DNA from: a virus
Taxonomy: Duplodnaviria > Caudoviricetes
Length of the DNA stretch: 64,000 bases
IMG/VR virus record: IMGVR_UViG_3300025858_000010
Location: 96,001-160,000 of that record
Reading direction: 5' to 3' (one strand)
The notes under the pieces are model-generated. The model did not search any database and was not told where the DNA came from. It saw only the letters and a list, made by a program, of their open reading frames with translations. This document shows positions 39,940 through 50,470 of this stretch, one piece after another. Position 1 is the stretch's first letter, and every line of letters begins with the position of its first letter. A program made the translations under genes and the position numbers.

Positions 39940-40461
39940 TTAAAATATTTTTATTGAATGATCATCGAAAAATTTTTCAGTCATAATAAAAAAATCAATA
40001 CCTCTTTTGTTACAATATTCCTTGGCTTTTTTCCATTTAGCCAGATTTCTTAAAAATAATTTCATTCTATATTCGTAATTTTCTAATGATTTTAAAGTTT
40101 CTTTTTTTGGTTTTTCCGGAGGAATTGTTTCTTTATATGGTTTTATTTCTATTGCTGTTTTTGATATAGTACCGTCCGTTCTTTGTATTTCTGCGAAACA
40201 ATCTGGATGATATCTATGAGTTTCCCATTTTCCATCTATTTGAATTTCATATGGAATTGTCATTCCTTCAACATTCCAATGAAGTACACGTGGTTCGTTA
40301 TCTAAATAAAAATATAGTTTATATTCCCAAGAAGATCTCCAATAAATTAAAGCAGCATCACCCAAATATTTAGATGGATGAATAAGATGATATTCACCAC
40401 TATTGTACATCTTTTTCCCATTTTTCTTTAAAATGACATTTGGTTTGGCTCTATATCCCAT
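39940..40461 (-). CDS. gp4: Head completion nuclease (T4 gp4-like, TnsA fold)
   Basis: PSKYLGD...WRSSWE...LD..P.V..W..E...IPY...HRYHPD...IEIKPY.ET.PP...NLAKW..A..YC...F.IMTE. Confidence 0.88.
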   Translation of the reverse strand: MGYRAKPNVILKKNGKKMYNSGEYHLIHPSKYLGDAALIYWRSSWEYKLYFYLDNEPRVLHWNVEGMTIPYEIQIDGKWETHRYHPDCFAEIQRTDGTISKTAIEIKPYKETIPPEKPKKETLKSLENYEYRMKLFLRNLAKWKKAKEYCNKRGIDFFIMTEKFFDDHSIKIF

Positions 40462-40478
40462 TTGTAATATATATTTTT

Positions 40479-40853
40479 TTAAAAATTATGAAATCCTTCA
40501 CCATCATTACTAGAATCTATGCTAACCATAACTATTCTTTCACAATTTGTTTTTTTTTGAGTTAGCTCATTATATCCACAAGCCATTCCTCTTTTAAAAA
40601 CCTCTGAAAAAAATGGTAAAGCTAATTTGTATTTTTTTTCATTAAAATTTTTCCATTTTTGAAACATAAAAAGAAGTCCGGTTTGAAGACAATCATTTTT
40701 ATCATCTTCTGTTTTATACATATTATTTTTTCTTCTTATCATATTTTGACCTATTAATAATAACATTTTTTCAGCTTTCTTTGTCAAGAAGCCACGACCT
40801 TTACTCAAAACAATTTCGTAGTATAATTCATCGTCGTCAAGATAATTTGCCAT
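40479..40853 (-). CDS. gp55: Late-transcription sigma factor (T4 gp55-like)
   Basis: NYLDDDELYYEI, MLLLIGQNM, KNDCLQTG and NFNEKKYKLALPFFSEV align by eye to gp55 NYVNNKELLQAI, IMLIAEGL, KQEMIADG and NFDETKYKNPHAYITQA. Confidence 0.75.
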   Translation of the reverse strand: MANYLDDDELYYEIVLSKGRGFLTKKAEKMLLLIGQNMIRRKNNMYKTEDDKNDCLQTGLLFMFQKWKNFNEKKYKLALPFFSEVFKRGMACGYNELTQKKTNCERIVMVSIDSSNDGEGFHNF

Positions 40854-41027
40854 TTTTGTAATTTTTTTTTAAAAATTTATTTTTTAATTAATTTAATTTA
40901 ATTTTGTAAATTGGGGAAATTTTTTGAAAAGCTTTATTTAACTACAATTTATTTCATTTAACGTGATGCCTGTAAAATTTGATGTTCAAAACAATGCTTA
41001 TAGTTATTGACTTTTTAAAAGTTTAAA

Positions 41028-41070
41028 AAAAAAATGCTCATATTCAATTATAGAACATGAGCATTTTTTT
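41028..41070 (-). terminator. Intrinsic terminator
   Basis: AAAAAAATGCTCAT...ATGAGCATTTTTTT hairpin downstream of the 41139 gene. Confidence 0.7.
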
Positions 41071-41138
41071 AATTCATAACTTTTTAAAAATCCAAATCTG
41101 TTGTCATGACATATATTTTTTTTTATCAATTTCAATTA

Positions 41139-42425
41139 TTAAATTAAGGTTTTTTTAAATTGAATTTTTTCGTCTTTGATTTTATTAAGTTCTTTATATA
41201 AATTATGTTTATGTACTAAAAGATTATCGAAAGTTAATTTAAGATTTTTATCGGATTCTAATAAAGCATGTTCGTTTTTCAATTCATCAATAGCTTCTTT
41301 AACATCTTTAATTTTAAGTTCGATTGATTTTTCTTTATCTTCTAAAGTTTTCAATTGTTTCATTTCTTTTGATAATTTATTTTCAAAAAAATAAGTCAAA
41401 TCACAATCAAGATCTTTTTTAATGTCATTAATTAGTTCATTTACAGATTCATATTGATAAAAAGAACTTCCTGTGCGAATGTCTTTATTATAACAATAAA
41501 TTTTATCTTTATAATTAAAAGCATATGTTTCCAAATAAGGATTTAAAATATTTGTAACTTTAAGGGATATATCCAATTCAACAAGATTGTTCAAATTTTC
41601 TTTAATAGTATTAATTAACATAAAATAATCTCTTTTTAAATAAGGAATAATGGGAGAATTAAAAACGTTTTCTAAAGTCGTTTCGGGATCTAATTTTTCC
41701 TCGTTAATAAATAAAGATTTATCGTTTTTAGTTGAAAGGCTTACCATAACATTTTCGTCAATCTTAAAGGAAATTTTATCATTTTCAATTGTTGATAATT
41801 TCATACATTGTTCAAGTAATCTAATTTCTCTTACTTTATCTTCATCCGAAAGATAATCTTCAGCTAAAACTTGTTTAATTTCATTTTCGTTTATTAAAAA
41901 CCATCTATCTGATACAAAAGCCATATAACCGTTATCCACTTTTTCAACTATCGTATAAACTTTTTCGGCCTTTCCAGAGTTAGACATATTTTGTCTATCC
42001 ATAGGAGATTTAGTTAAATTAAACACAAATCTTTTAATTTCAGGTACCCAATCATACATACGAAGCTCATTAAGAATCGATTCCATCCTGGCGTCATCAT
42101 TGTCTTTATTAATAATTTCCAAGATCGTCTGTAATGGTTGACGATATAACATGCCTTGATTGTCTCTTTCGACTCTTTTATAAAGATCTTTTAATTCATA
42201 TACTAATGGATAAGATTTCATTTCAGAATCTAAAGATTCTAAAAACAATTTCACATCAGTATCGTACGTGTATTTCAATAATTTTTCGTTAATACCTTTA
42301 ACCATTTCCTTTTCAGACATATTATCATAATTAATAATAAAACCTTCAACTAAACTTGAAATATCAGTTTGATCAAAAGTCAATCTGTTTTTGAAATTAA
42401 ATAATTCTAATTTTAAATTTTTCAT
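41139..42425 (-). CDS. Hypothetical protein, possible prohead core component
   Basis: 428 aa in the head cluster; C-terminal coiled coil; several xNE sites. Confidence 0.55.
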   Translation of the reverse strand: MKNLKLELFNFKNRLTFDQTDISSLVEGFIINYDNMSEKEMVKGINEKLLKYTYDTDVKLFLESLDSEMKSYPLVYELKDLYKRVERDNQGMLYRQPLQTILEIINKDNDDARMESILNELRMYDWVPEIKRFVFNLTKSPMDRQNMSNSGKAEKVYTIVEKVDNGYMAFVSDRWFLINENEIKQVLAEDYLSDEDKVREIRLLEQCMKLSTIENDKISFKIDENVMVSLSTKNDKSLFINEEKLDPETTLENVFNSPIIPYLKRDYFMLINTIKENLNNLVELDISLKVTNILNPYLETYAFNYKDKIYCYNKDIRTGSSFYQYESVNELINDIKKDLDCDLTYFFENKLSKEMKQLKTLEDKEKSIELKIKDVKEAIDELKNEHALLESDKNLKLTFDNLLVHKHNLYKELNKIKDEKIQFKKTLI

Positions 42426-42516
42426 ATTTTTCTATTTTTTTTTACATATCTTTTACATTTTCAAAAAAAATGATACAATACATCAATATATATTAACAAA
42501 AAAATATCATTTTTTT

Positions 42517-42768
42517 CTAAAATATAATTTCTTCCATGTAATCGTCTATGTCGCTAAAAGATATTTCTTCGACATAATCGTAAGTTTCTCTAAGTGTATC
42601 CATTATATCGTCTATGAAATATTTATTCGAATATGAATATATAAAATCGATGGACGGCTCTTTTCCGATAAATATTTCTATGAACCATTCAAAATCTTTG
42701 GTGGCTTTGATGACACATTTTTCGTTTTGATTTTCTATAAAAATGTAATAAATGTCTTTGTAGTTCAT
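42517..42768 (-). CDS. Acidic hypothetical protein
   Basis: 83-aa ORF preceded by AAATATATAG. Confidence 0.6.
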   Translation of the reverse strand: MNYKDIYYIFIENQNEKCVIKATKDFEWFIEIFIGKEPSIDFIYSYSNKYFIDDIMDTLRETYDYVEEISFSDIDDYMEEIIF

Positions 42769-42845
42769 TAGAATGTATTATTTTTTACATTCTATATATT
42801 TAGAAAAAATTGTCAAATTCGACTACATCTTTAGTTTTCAGTAGT

Positions 42846-43106
42846 TCATTTTGTAAAAACTGGTTTTGGAGCAATATAATTGAAGATGATTATAAAATCA
42901 TTATCATTTTTCTTAACACTATATTGATTAAATTTATAATTTTTCCAATCTGACATACTATTTAAATATCTCATTATATTTAAAATACATCTTTTATCGG
43001 GATCACATTTGTAGTGCAATTTTAAACTTTTTTCGAAATAATCGTGTTCGGTTTTAATTATATTGTCAGCAATACCCTTGAATTTGGGTTCACATGTACA
43101 ATCCAT
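42846..43106 (-). CDS. Hypothetical protein
   Basis: 86-aa ORF in the same-strand run. Confidence 0.55.
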   Translation of the reverse strand: MDCTCEPKFKGIADNIIKTEHDYFEKSLKLHYKCDPDKRCILNIMRYLNSMSDWKNYKFNQYSVKKNDNDFIIIFNYIAPKPVFTK

Positions 43107-43139
43107 AATTTAATTTATTTTTTAAGGATTCAAAATTTT

Positions 43140-44099
43140 TTATACGTCTATTTTTGTAAAACCACCGCTAGCACTATTTAAAATTATTCTTTTATGTCCA
43201 GGTATATAATTACCAGCATTACTACCGAGTCTTCCCGTGCTTGGTGTATAATAAGGAAGGGTGTCTAATGATGGATAATGTTCATATTCTCTTGGTTTCA
43301 ATACTATAGCCACTGAACTAGTAATAATTTTACCATTATCCATATATGATGAATCATGCATAACTTGTTTTACTTTATAAAACCAATTGTTTTGCATAGC
43401 GTGGTTAATATATAATTTTTTATCAGCGTCATCTATGGTATAAACTCTATCCATATAAATTCTATCAAGTGGTTTTCTTAATCCCCACCAAACTAGAGCT
43501 CTTCCTTTAATTTTTTCTTTTTCTTTATCACTCATTAATATTAAAAGTTTACATTTATCTGGATTATTTGTATAAATATCTAAGAATGGTTGAGATTTGA
43601 TAGCTTTCATACACGAATTATTTATATCACCTCGCGATGTGTTTTCATACCTATCTTCAAGATACCAATATCTTATTTCTTCACCATCAACTAGTTTAAA
43701 TTTAGAAAAAGACTTGTTAATTTCAGCTTTAAAATCATTTACGAATTGTTCTATTTCGGTTTGTTTAAATTTATCAGGAAATAATTTATTAATTATTTTT
43801 CCCACAGATATTTCTTGTCTCATTCTAGAATTCCAAGGTTCTGATGGCGAATCATCAATTAAATCTTGAGAAATTCTATTAGACGGTAAATAAGTTATTT
43901 TATCAATCTTATCTTTTTCTTCTGTATAATCTAGAAATGAAATATCGAATTTTTTTTCATTTACTGCCAATAAAATAGCGTCAGATATTGGAGATTTTAT
44001 TTTCGATAATAGTATTTTAAATTTAGAAGATATTACTAAAATATATTTTTTATCATCATCCGATTCAAATAAAAAACTATTATAGTTATATATGAACAT
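43140..44099 (-). CDS. SCM/RALxW/DRxY/YPxxDT-family protein, paralog 4 of 4
   Basis: NSCMK, GRALVW, MDRVY, YPSLDT; leader MFIYNYNSFLFE. Confidence 0.8.
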   Translation of the reverse strand: MFIYNYNSFLFESDDDKKYILVISSKFKILLSKIKSPISDAILLAVNEKKFDISFLDYTEEKDKIDKITYLPSNRISQDLIDDSPSEPWNSRMRQEISVGKIINKLFPDKFKQTEIEQFVNDFKAEINKSFSKFKLVDGEEIRYWYLEDRYENTSRGDINNSCMKAIKSQPFLDIYTNNPDKCKLLILMSDKEKEKIKGRALVWWGLRKPLDRIYMDRVYTIDDADKKLYINHAMQNNWFYKVKQVMHDSSYMDNGKIITSSVAIVLKPREYEHYPSLDTLPYYTPSTGRLGSNAGNYIPGHKRIILNSASGGFTKIDV

Positions 44100-44115
44100 T
44101 TATTATAAGTTTATT

Positions 44116-45171
44116 TTAATTGGATTCTCTTAACTTTTTAAATCCGCCGTTTGTTCTTTGTAATTGTAATCTTTCAAATACATTTCCAGTATTCGGATTT
44201 CTAGCAGGTTTACCTCTAGAATTAGCAATTCTTCCTGTTTCTGGTGTATAAAAACATAAAGTATCTATATATGGATAAGTTTTATAATATCCGTGATTAG
44301 GTAATCTGGTTGATATTGGTTTATTAATTTCAACACCGTTAAATATAAAAGTCAAACAATCTTTAACTTGATGTGTTTTATATGACCAACCATTTTTCTT
44401 AGCATAATCTATAAATATATTCACATCAGATTCATTTGTGTAATATATTCTATCCAATAAAGTTCCCTTAGTCGGTGATTCTGGTTTATCTACTACAAAA
44501 ACATTATACCATATTAAAGCCCTAGCCACAAGTTGTTCTTTTTTATTTAACATTATTAACATTTTAATATTGTCTGGATTTTTAACATAAATGTCAAAAA
44601 ATCCTTGTTTTTCTGGATGTTTTAAACAGGATTTCATTAATACCGATCTAGGATCTGGTCTACCATCTGGTGGTTTATCAATTATGCCCGGAGTGGGATT
44701 ATAATAAGTATCTACATGATAATATTTTCTAAGTTCTTCTCCATCGACAATTCTAAGTGTATAATTTTCAGAATCTAATTTGCTTTTAAATTCATGAACA
44801 AAATTTTCTAATTCTTTAGTTCCAGCATATTCCGGAAGAAGTCTCGTAGCAAAAGCACCGACTCTATTTATTTGTCTACCATATTTCCCCCAAACAACAC
44901 TATTAGGTTGAGGAACAATTAAATCGTCGTCTTTTACGCCTTCCATTCTATTTAATCTATTTACTGGCAATATACTTACAGTTTCTACATTATCTGCTAG
45001 ATCAACATAAGAAAAAGAATATTCAATGTTTTTTTTAAGTAATTCTAATAATTCTTTAGCAATAACTGATTGCATTGATTCCAAAACCTCAATAAGTTTA
45101 TCTGAAAAAAACATTCTGAGTTCTTTCACGTTAATTCTATCTTCAAATAAATAATCTTTATATTTTTTCAA
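44116..45171 (-). CDS. SCM/RALxW/DRxY/YPxxDT-family protein, paralog 3 of 4
   Basis: KSCLK, ARALIW, LDRIY, YPYIDT; leader MKKYKDYLFE. Confidence 0.8.
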   Translation of the reverse strand: MKKYKDYLFEDRINVKELRMFFSDKLIEVLESMQSVIAKELLELLKKNIEYSFSYVDLADNVETVSILPVNRLNRMEGVKDDDLIVPQPNSVVWGKYGRQINRVGAFATRLLPEYAGTKELENFVHEFKSKLDSENYTLRIVDGEELRKYYHVDTYYNPTPGIIDKPPDGRPDPRSVLMKSCLKHPEKQGFFDIYVKNPDNIKMLIMLNKKEQLVARALIWYNVFVVDKPESPTKGTLLDRIYYTNESDVNIFIDYAKKNGWSYKTHQVKDCLTFIFNGVEINKPISTRLPNHGYYKTYPYIDTLCFYTPETGRIANSRGKPARNPNTGNVFERLQLQRTNGGFKKLRESN

Positions 45172-45188
45172 ATCTAATTTAATTATTT

Positions 45189-46220
45189 TTAATCAATTCT
45201 TCCATATGAACCGTCACCTGATTCAAGTTTGATTCTTTTAAATCCTTCAACAGGATTTCCTTGATCACTGGCCAATCTTCCAGTACCTGGGTTATAAAAT
45301 TTTAAAGTGTCCATATATGGATATTTTTTATATTCCATTGCTGGTAATTGTAAAGAAACAGATTTTTGTATTCTTTGACCATTTTCAACATACGATGTAT
45401 CATGTGCACTTTGTTGATACTTATATAACCACCCTTGTTGAATCGCGTATTTTTTAAATAATTCTTCATCTGAAGGTTTATTAACATAAATTCTATCCAT
45501 AAAAGTCTTATCTGTGGGTTTTCTTAATCCAAACCATACTAATGCTCTACCAATCAATTTTTGATTGTAGTCTGTTAAAATAAGTAAACCACATTTATCT
45601 GGATTTTTACAATATAAATCGAAAAAACTTTGGCAATTATTATATCTCATACATGATTGATTTAAATTTCCTATCGGATTAGTACTATAATTTTTTTCAT
45701 GATACCAATTTCTAATATCTTCGCCTTTAACAACTCTAAAATTATTAAAAATAAATAAAGCTGAAATCTCTGCTCTAAAAGCGTTAACAAATTTTTCAAT
45801 AGCCATATCAGAAAAATTATCAAATAATTTATTCACTAGTTTTCCGGCTGCCAATGATTGTCTTCCACTACCTTTCCACATTGGACAATCTATATCTGGA
45901 TCTATATTTGCTTCTTCTTGATCTTTGAAATTCATAGATCTCCAAGCTCTTGATGCTGGCATAAAAGAAATAAAATCATTTTTACCTTCTTCCATATCAA
46001 AATAAGATATGTCGAAAAGTTCATTATCTGTTTTCGTAAGACCTATTATTCTATTAGCTACAGTTTTAACCTGAAAATCTCCTGTTTTTATCATATTGTT
46101 GAGTATGACAAGTAATCTAGGTGAAATAAAAATTTTTAATAATTTTTTTTCTTTGACAAATTTTTCAGGTTTGGCTTCATTAATTTCATTTAAAAAATTT
46201 TTATATGTCATTTTATTCAT
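45189..46220 (-). CDS. SCM/RALxW/DRxY/YPxxDT-family protein, paralog 2 of 4
   Basis: QSCMR, GRALVW, MDRIY, YPYMDT; leader MNKMTYKNFLNE. Confidence 0.8.
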   Translation of the reverse strand: MNKMTYKNFLNEINEAKPEKFVKEKKLLKIFISPRLLVILNNMIKTGDFQVKTVANRIIGLTKTDNELFDISYFDMEEGKNDFISFMPASRAWRSMNFKDQEEANIDPDIDCPMWKGSGRQSLAAGKLVNKLFDNFSDMAIEKFVNAFRAEISALFIFNNFRVVKGEDIRNWYHEKNYSTNPIGNLNQSCMRYNNCQSFFDLYCKNPDKCGLLILTDYNQKLIGRALVWFGLRKPTDKTFMDRIYVNKPSDEELFKKYAIQQGWLYKYQQSAHDTSYVENGQRIQKSVSLQLPAMEYKKYPYMDTLKFYNPGTGRLASDQGNPVEGFKRIKLESGDGSYGRID

Positions 46221-46237
46221 CTTTTATTATGTATTTT

Positions 46238-47233
46238 TTAATCAATTTTAGCATAACCACCATCTTGACTTCTCAAATTATATCTATGAAAAACTTTACT
46301 AGGATTACTCGGATCCCTGGCTGGATTACCAGCTGTTGAAGACGCTCTGCCAGTGGACGGTGTAAAATATTGCATTGTATCCATGTATGGATATTTACCA
46401 TAATCTATTGGTTTCAAACGTATCGTAACTGATGTTGTTTTTCGTTGACCGTCCATCATAAAAGCATCTCCTTCTTTATAAATCCATCCATTATCTATTG
46501 CATATTTTTTAAACATTGCTACTAATTGTGATTTACCTTCTACTACATATACTCTATCCATTAATGTATATGGTTCTTTATCTTCTTTTGTATCTCCACT
46601 CGGTTTAAATAATCCAGACCATACCAAAGCTCTTCCATAAGCTTTTTCACCAGTTTCATCTAAATAAATTAAAAGACCGCATTTTTCTGGATTTTCGCAA
46701 TAAATATTAAAAAATGGTTTACATTTATCATATCTCATACAAGATCCCATACGTCCGTTGTACATTTTTTCATTATACCATTTTCTAATATCTTCACCTT
46801 TAACTAATTCAAAATTGTTACCTTTTGATTTTTTCGCATCTATTTCTGGCCGATATCTATTATAGAATTCATCTATGTCCATGTTTGTAAATTTATCAGG
46901 AAATAATTTATTGATTATTTTTCCTATTAATGAACTTTGTCTTAATGTACTTGTCCATAAAGGACTATTTGGATCATAATTAATTAAATCAACATTTTCA
47001 ATTCTTTTTGCTCTGTCAGTAGTTAAGAATGAAATATTTTTGCTGTCTTCCTCATCAATATCTAACCAAGATATATTAGAAATAGGTTTTCGGTCGTTTG
47101 CAAGTAATTCTTTCGCTACCTTATTAGTACTTATTTTATTTAATATTTTAAAAAAGTTTAAGCTAAAAAATAATTTACTTGTTTCTTTTTTGTTATCAGC
47201 ATCTTCGTTTAAAAAATCATTAAAGTTTTTCAT
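46238..47233 (-). CDS. SCM/RALxW/DRxY/YPxxDT-family protein, paralog 1 of 4
   Basis: GSCMR, GRALVW, MDRVY, YPYMDT; leader MKNFNDFLNE. Confidence 0.8.
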   Translation of the reverse strand: MKNFNDFLNEDADNKKETSKLFFSLNFFKILNKISTNKVAKELLANDRKPISNISWLDIDEEDSKNISFLTTDRAKRIENVDLINYDPNSPLWTSTLRQSSLIGKIINKLFPDKFTNMDIDEFYNRYRPEIDAKKSKGNNFELVKGEDIRKWYNEKMYNGRMGSCMRYDKCKPFFNIYCENPEKCGLLIYLDETGEKAYGRALVWSGLFKPSGDTKEDKEPYTLMDRVYVVEGKSQLVAMFKKYAIDNGWIYKEGDAFMMDGQRKTTSVTIRLKPIDYGKYPYMDTMQYFTPSTGRASSTAGNPARDPSNPSKVFHRYNLRSQDGGYAKID

Positions 47234-47282
47234 ATAATTATTCTTAATTTTTCTTTATATATTAATATTTTTTTTCAAATTT

Positions 47283-48383
47283 TTAAATTTCATCATAATA
47301 AGAAACAAATTTAATATAAAATTCTTGAAAACCTAAATCTTCATATTTGTATGTTATTACTCTATAAGAAACACTATGTTGCCCTGATATTTGCCAAGGA
47401 CTCATAAAATTAATCACTTCATTTTCATATAAACCTGTTTCAACTAATCGAATATTAGAATTATTGTTTGTAATACCGGACCAATTTATTCCATCTATTC
47501 CAAAAGATACATTATAATCTTTATTATATGAATCTAAATAACCAAAGATTAAATAATTATTAGGTTCTACTAATTTTAAACTAAAAACCATGGTAGTTTC
47601 TCCGGTTATTTTTTCAATTAATTTGCCGTTATTCAATGAAGCATCTTTATAAAAATAATTTCCATTTTTAGCTTTGAAATAATCCGCGTTTTTTGATTCT
47701 GACTTCATTACCCACAAGAAAGGATAACACGCGTTTGCTATAGAAGAACCAGTTACACTGTAATAATCATCTATTCCACACCACTGAGTTGTTTTAAAAG
47801 TTAATATGTGGTTATCTGTGTTTTCTGATACTGGTAAATAGTTATAACTACCTATCATATAATCATTAGAATATCCGGTCCAAACAGATATAATACTAGA
47901 ATAATTATTGTAATATACTCTTAAATCGCCATAAGCGAAATTAATTTCATCATTTTTTATTGTTTGTCCACTAACCACTATGTAATAATTTACACCAATT
48001 TCAAAATTTTGCTGTGGATAATAATATGGTGTAATATAACTACATAAACTGAATGTTATTTGTGGTATATTAGTTATTCCGTTTGTAGTTCCTGATACGG
48101 ATTCTATCGAATATGATATACCTATAGGGTTTTCCGCATATGATCTAAAATAATAAATTGTATTGGATGTTAACCCAGTTACGATATCTTGAAAATTTCC
48201 AAGATCATCCATTTTACTTAAATTGACATCTAAATATTTACAATCGGATTGATTTTTTGTTGGGTATGTTACAGAAGAACTGTAAACAAATCCAATACTT
48301 GTTATATCCAGACTTCCAGAGTCTGTAACTTTTCCATTTACCTGCATTGAATTATTAGTTATCGGTGACGGTGGAGTTGCCAT
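47283..48383 (-). CDS. FN3-domain virion/structural protein
   Basis: IT..S..V.G.V.D.G...IT..GFVYS...PT...F...VTGL..NT.YYFRSYAEN..G.SY FN3-like unit. Confidence 0.7.
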   Translation of the reverse strand: MATPPSPITNNSMQVNGKVTDSGSLDITSIGFVYSSSVTYPTKNQSDCKYLDVNLSKMDDLGNFQDIVTGLTSNTIYYFRSYAENPIGISYSIESVSGTTNGITNIPQITFSLCSYITPYYYPQQNFEIGVNYYIVVSGQTIKNDEINFAYGDLRVYYNNYSSIISVWTGYSNDYMIGSYNYLPVSENTDNHILTFKTTQWCGIDDYYSVTGSSIANACYPFLWVMKSESKNADYFKAKNGNYFYKDASLNNGKLIEKITGETTMVFSLKLVEPNNYLIFGYLDSYNKDYNVSFGIDGINWSGITNNNSNIRLVETGLYENEVINFMSPWQISGQHSVSYRVITYKYEDLGFQEFYIKFVSYYDEI

Positions 48384-48391
48384 ATTTTTAA

Positions 48392-50470
48392 TTACATATT
48401 TTTTATACTTAAAATATCAACCATCGGTGATGATTTTGTTCTTATCGTTTTATCTTTACCATAAGATGTACTTATTGAATTTGTTGCATATGCTCTAATA
48501 TGATATGTTGTTCCCGTTATTAAATCTGTTAAATATCCGTTAAAATAAGATTGAAGATCTAAATAATGTGTATGTGAATTAGTAATGGTTGGATTTGGCG
48601 ACGTATTCCAACAAATACCCTCATCGATGATGGTGTCATTACCATTATCTATAACATGTCCAAAAGCTATAGCACTATCAAAACCTGTTAAGAACACATC
48701 ATCAGTACTTACTGTTGGCGATAACGACGGTTCTATTGGAGGTGTCATAATGTGTTCATTTTCTCCGATTACAGTTCCTTCTGAATCGGTAACATAAGCA
48801 ACATAATCATATAAGGTAGATGGTTCTAATGTCGTTATAGTATTAAAGAATGTGCCTATCGATGTTGTTCCATTTGATTCTGAACCGTAAGTTATATCTG
48901 GCGAAGTATGACCAGTATAGTAAAATCCACTGTCTAAAATAGTAATAGACTCGCCTGATGAATTTATCATTCCAAAAAATGTCGTACTATTTGATGTTGG
49001 TAACAATTGAGGGGGTAATGTAGTTGTCTGTAATTGTCCTGTTTCTCCTGTTGTTGTGAAGCTAAAAACATCACCGTATGTTATTCCGGTCAAATTTTCA
49101 GCGAACGCTCTGTAATAATATGTGGTTGTATTTAATAAATTTTTCATTGTAATGTTAATATCCCCGATTGTACCACCGTCTGTGATCGCAAAACTATTAC
49201 CATAAAAAGGATCAATAGTAATACCTGATGGAAACCAACATATACCTCTATTTATTATTTTTCCTCCTCCATCATTAATAACAACACCGTTACCAATCAT
49301 TTCATAATGTTTTGATGTTGTAGTTGCGGAATTCGTAATAACTACAGGAGGATTAAATATATTTGTCATCGACAGTGGAATAATGTCTCGATCATTAATG
49401 TTAGTTGATAAATGACCACTTTCTAAAATTCCATCAATCCACATACCTCCATAAAAATGTCCATTTTTAAAAACGCCGTTGATCCATAAACCATTATACC
49501 ACTGTCCGTTATTCCATACACATTTATAACTATATTCTGAACCTATAGTGTTTCCTAGTATTCCACCATACCAATTTCCATTGTGGAATATTCCACTTAT
49601 GAAGTGACCACCGTACCATAATCCATTATAGAAATTGCCACTAATCCAAATAGACTGATTATTGTAAATACTAGGTATAGTATTTCCACTCTCATCTATA
49701 TTTAATCCAGAATGAAATTCCGGTTGATTTAAAGGACTATATTTATCACTTGAAAAATCGCCATGATACCATATGCAAAAATTTCCAATTCCAAATCTAC
49801 TTTTAATATCATATTTTAATTGATTGAACTTACCATCAAACCATTTGCCATTTTTAAAATCCCCCCCAAACCATAATCCATCATACCATTCATAATCATC
49901 AAATACACCGTTATAAAATTTACCATATAACCAATAAGAATTTAACATCTCACCGTCGTAAAATACACCATCTAACCAAACAGAATTTTTAAAGGTACCA
50001 TTATGAAAGCTACCATAATTCCAATAAGCGGATGAAAAATTTTTGCTTTCTATGTCACTTACAGATTTATTAGAAACATCTCTGTCATAACCAAATATAC
50101 CGTCGTAAAAATCTCCATTTAACCATTCCCCTGATCTAAATTCTGAATATTTTTTATCTTTTTCCAAAATGACAAATCTTTGTGTTATTATCATTGATTC
50201 GTCTATTAAATAGGAATACCATCTACCATTTTTCCAAATACCATCATGCCATATTCCAGAATACCATGTTCCGTCTTCCCATTCACCACAAATCCATTCC
50301 CCAGAATACCATACAATACCATAATCATCTTGCCCTATGATACAATTTTTAACATTAGCGTTAAGCACCCAATTATATTTAACTTTTAACGTTTCAACAG
50401 TTAAATTGTCTGTTAAAATTATATTATCTGCGTTTCTACTAATGTTTACTATTTTAACTTCAAATGCCAT
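48392..50470 (-). CDS. Virion protein: (W/F)xxG pentapeptide-repeat region plus three FN3-like domains
   Basis: WYSGEWICGEWEDGTWYSGIWHDGIWKNGRW repeats; DGG..I..RGICW...T.YYYRAFAEN..G.TYG units. Confidence 0.75.
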   Translation of the reverse strand: MAFEVKIVNISRNADNIILTDNLTVETLKVKYNWVLNANVKNCIIGQDDYGIVWYSGEWICGEWEDGTWYSGIWHDGIWKNGRWYSYLIDESMIITQRFVILEKDKKYSEFRSGEWLNGDFYDGIFGYDRDVSNKSVSDIESKNFSSAYWNYGSFHNGTFKNSVWLDGVFYDGEMLNSYWLYGKFYNGVFDDYEWYDGLWFGGDFKNGKWFDGKFNQLKYDIKSRFGIGNFCIWYHGDFSSDKYSPLNQPEFHSGLNIDESGNTIPSIYNNQSIWISGNFYNGLWYGGHFISGIFHNGNWYGGILGNTIGSEYSYKCVWNNGQWYNGLWINGVFKNGHFYGGMWIDGILESGHLSTNINDRDIIPLSMTNIFNPPVVITNSATTTSKHYEMIGNGVVINDGGGKIINRGICWFPSGITIDPFYGNSFAITDGGTIGDINITMKNLLNTTTYYYRAFAENLTGITYGDVFSFTTTGETGQLQTTTLPPQLLPTSNSTTFFGMINSSGESITILDSGFYYTGHTSPDITYGSESNGTTSIGTFFNTITTLEPSTLYDYVAYVTDSEGTVIGENEHIMTPPIEPSLSPTVSTDDVFLTGFDSAIAFGHVIDNGNDTIIDEGICWNTSPNPTITNSHTHYLDLQSYFNGYLTDLITGTTYHIRAYATNSISTSYGKDKTIRTKSSPMVDILSIKNM

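Noticed and set aside
40854-41138. Possible ncRNA or tRNA in the longer intergenic gaps (also 58650-58745)
   Set aside because: Only a terminator-like hairpin and AT tracts are seen; no cloverleaf or other recognisable structure.
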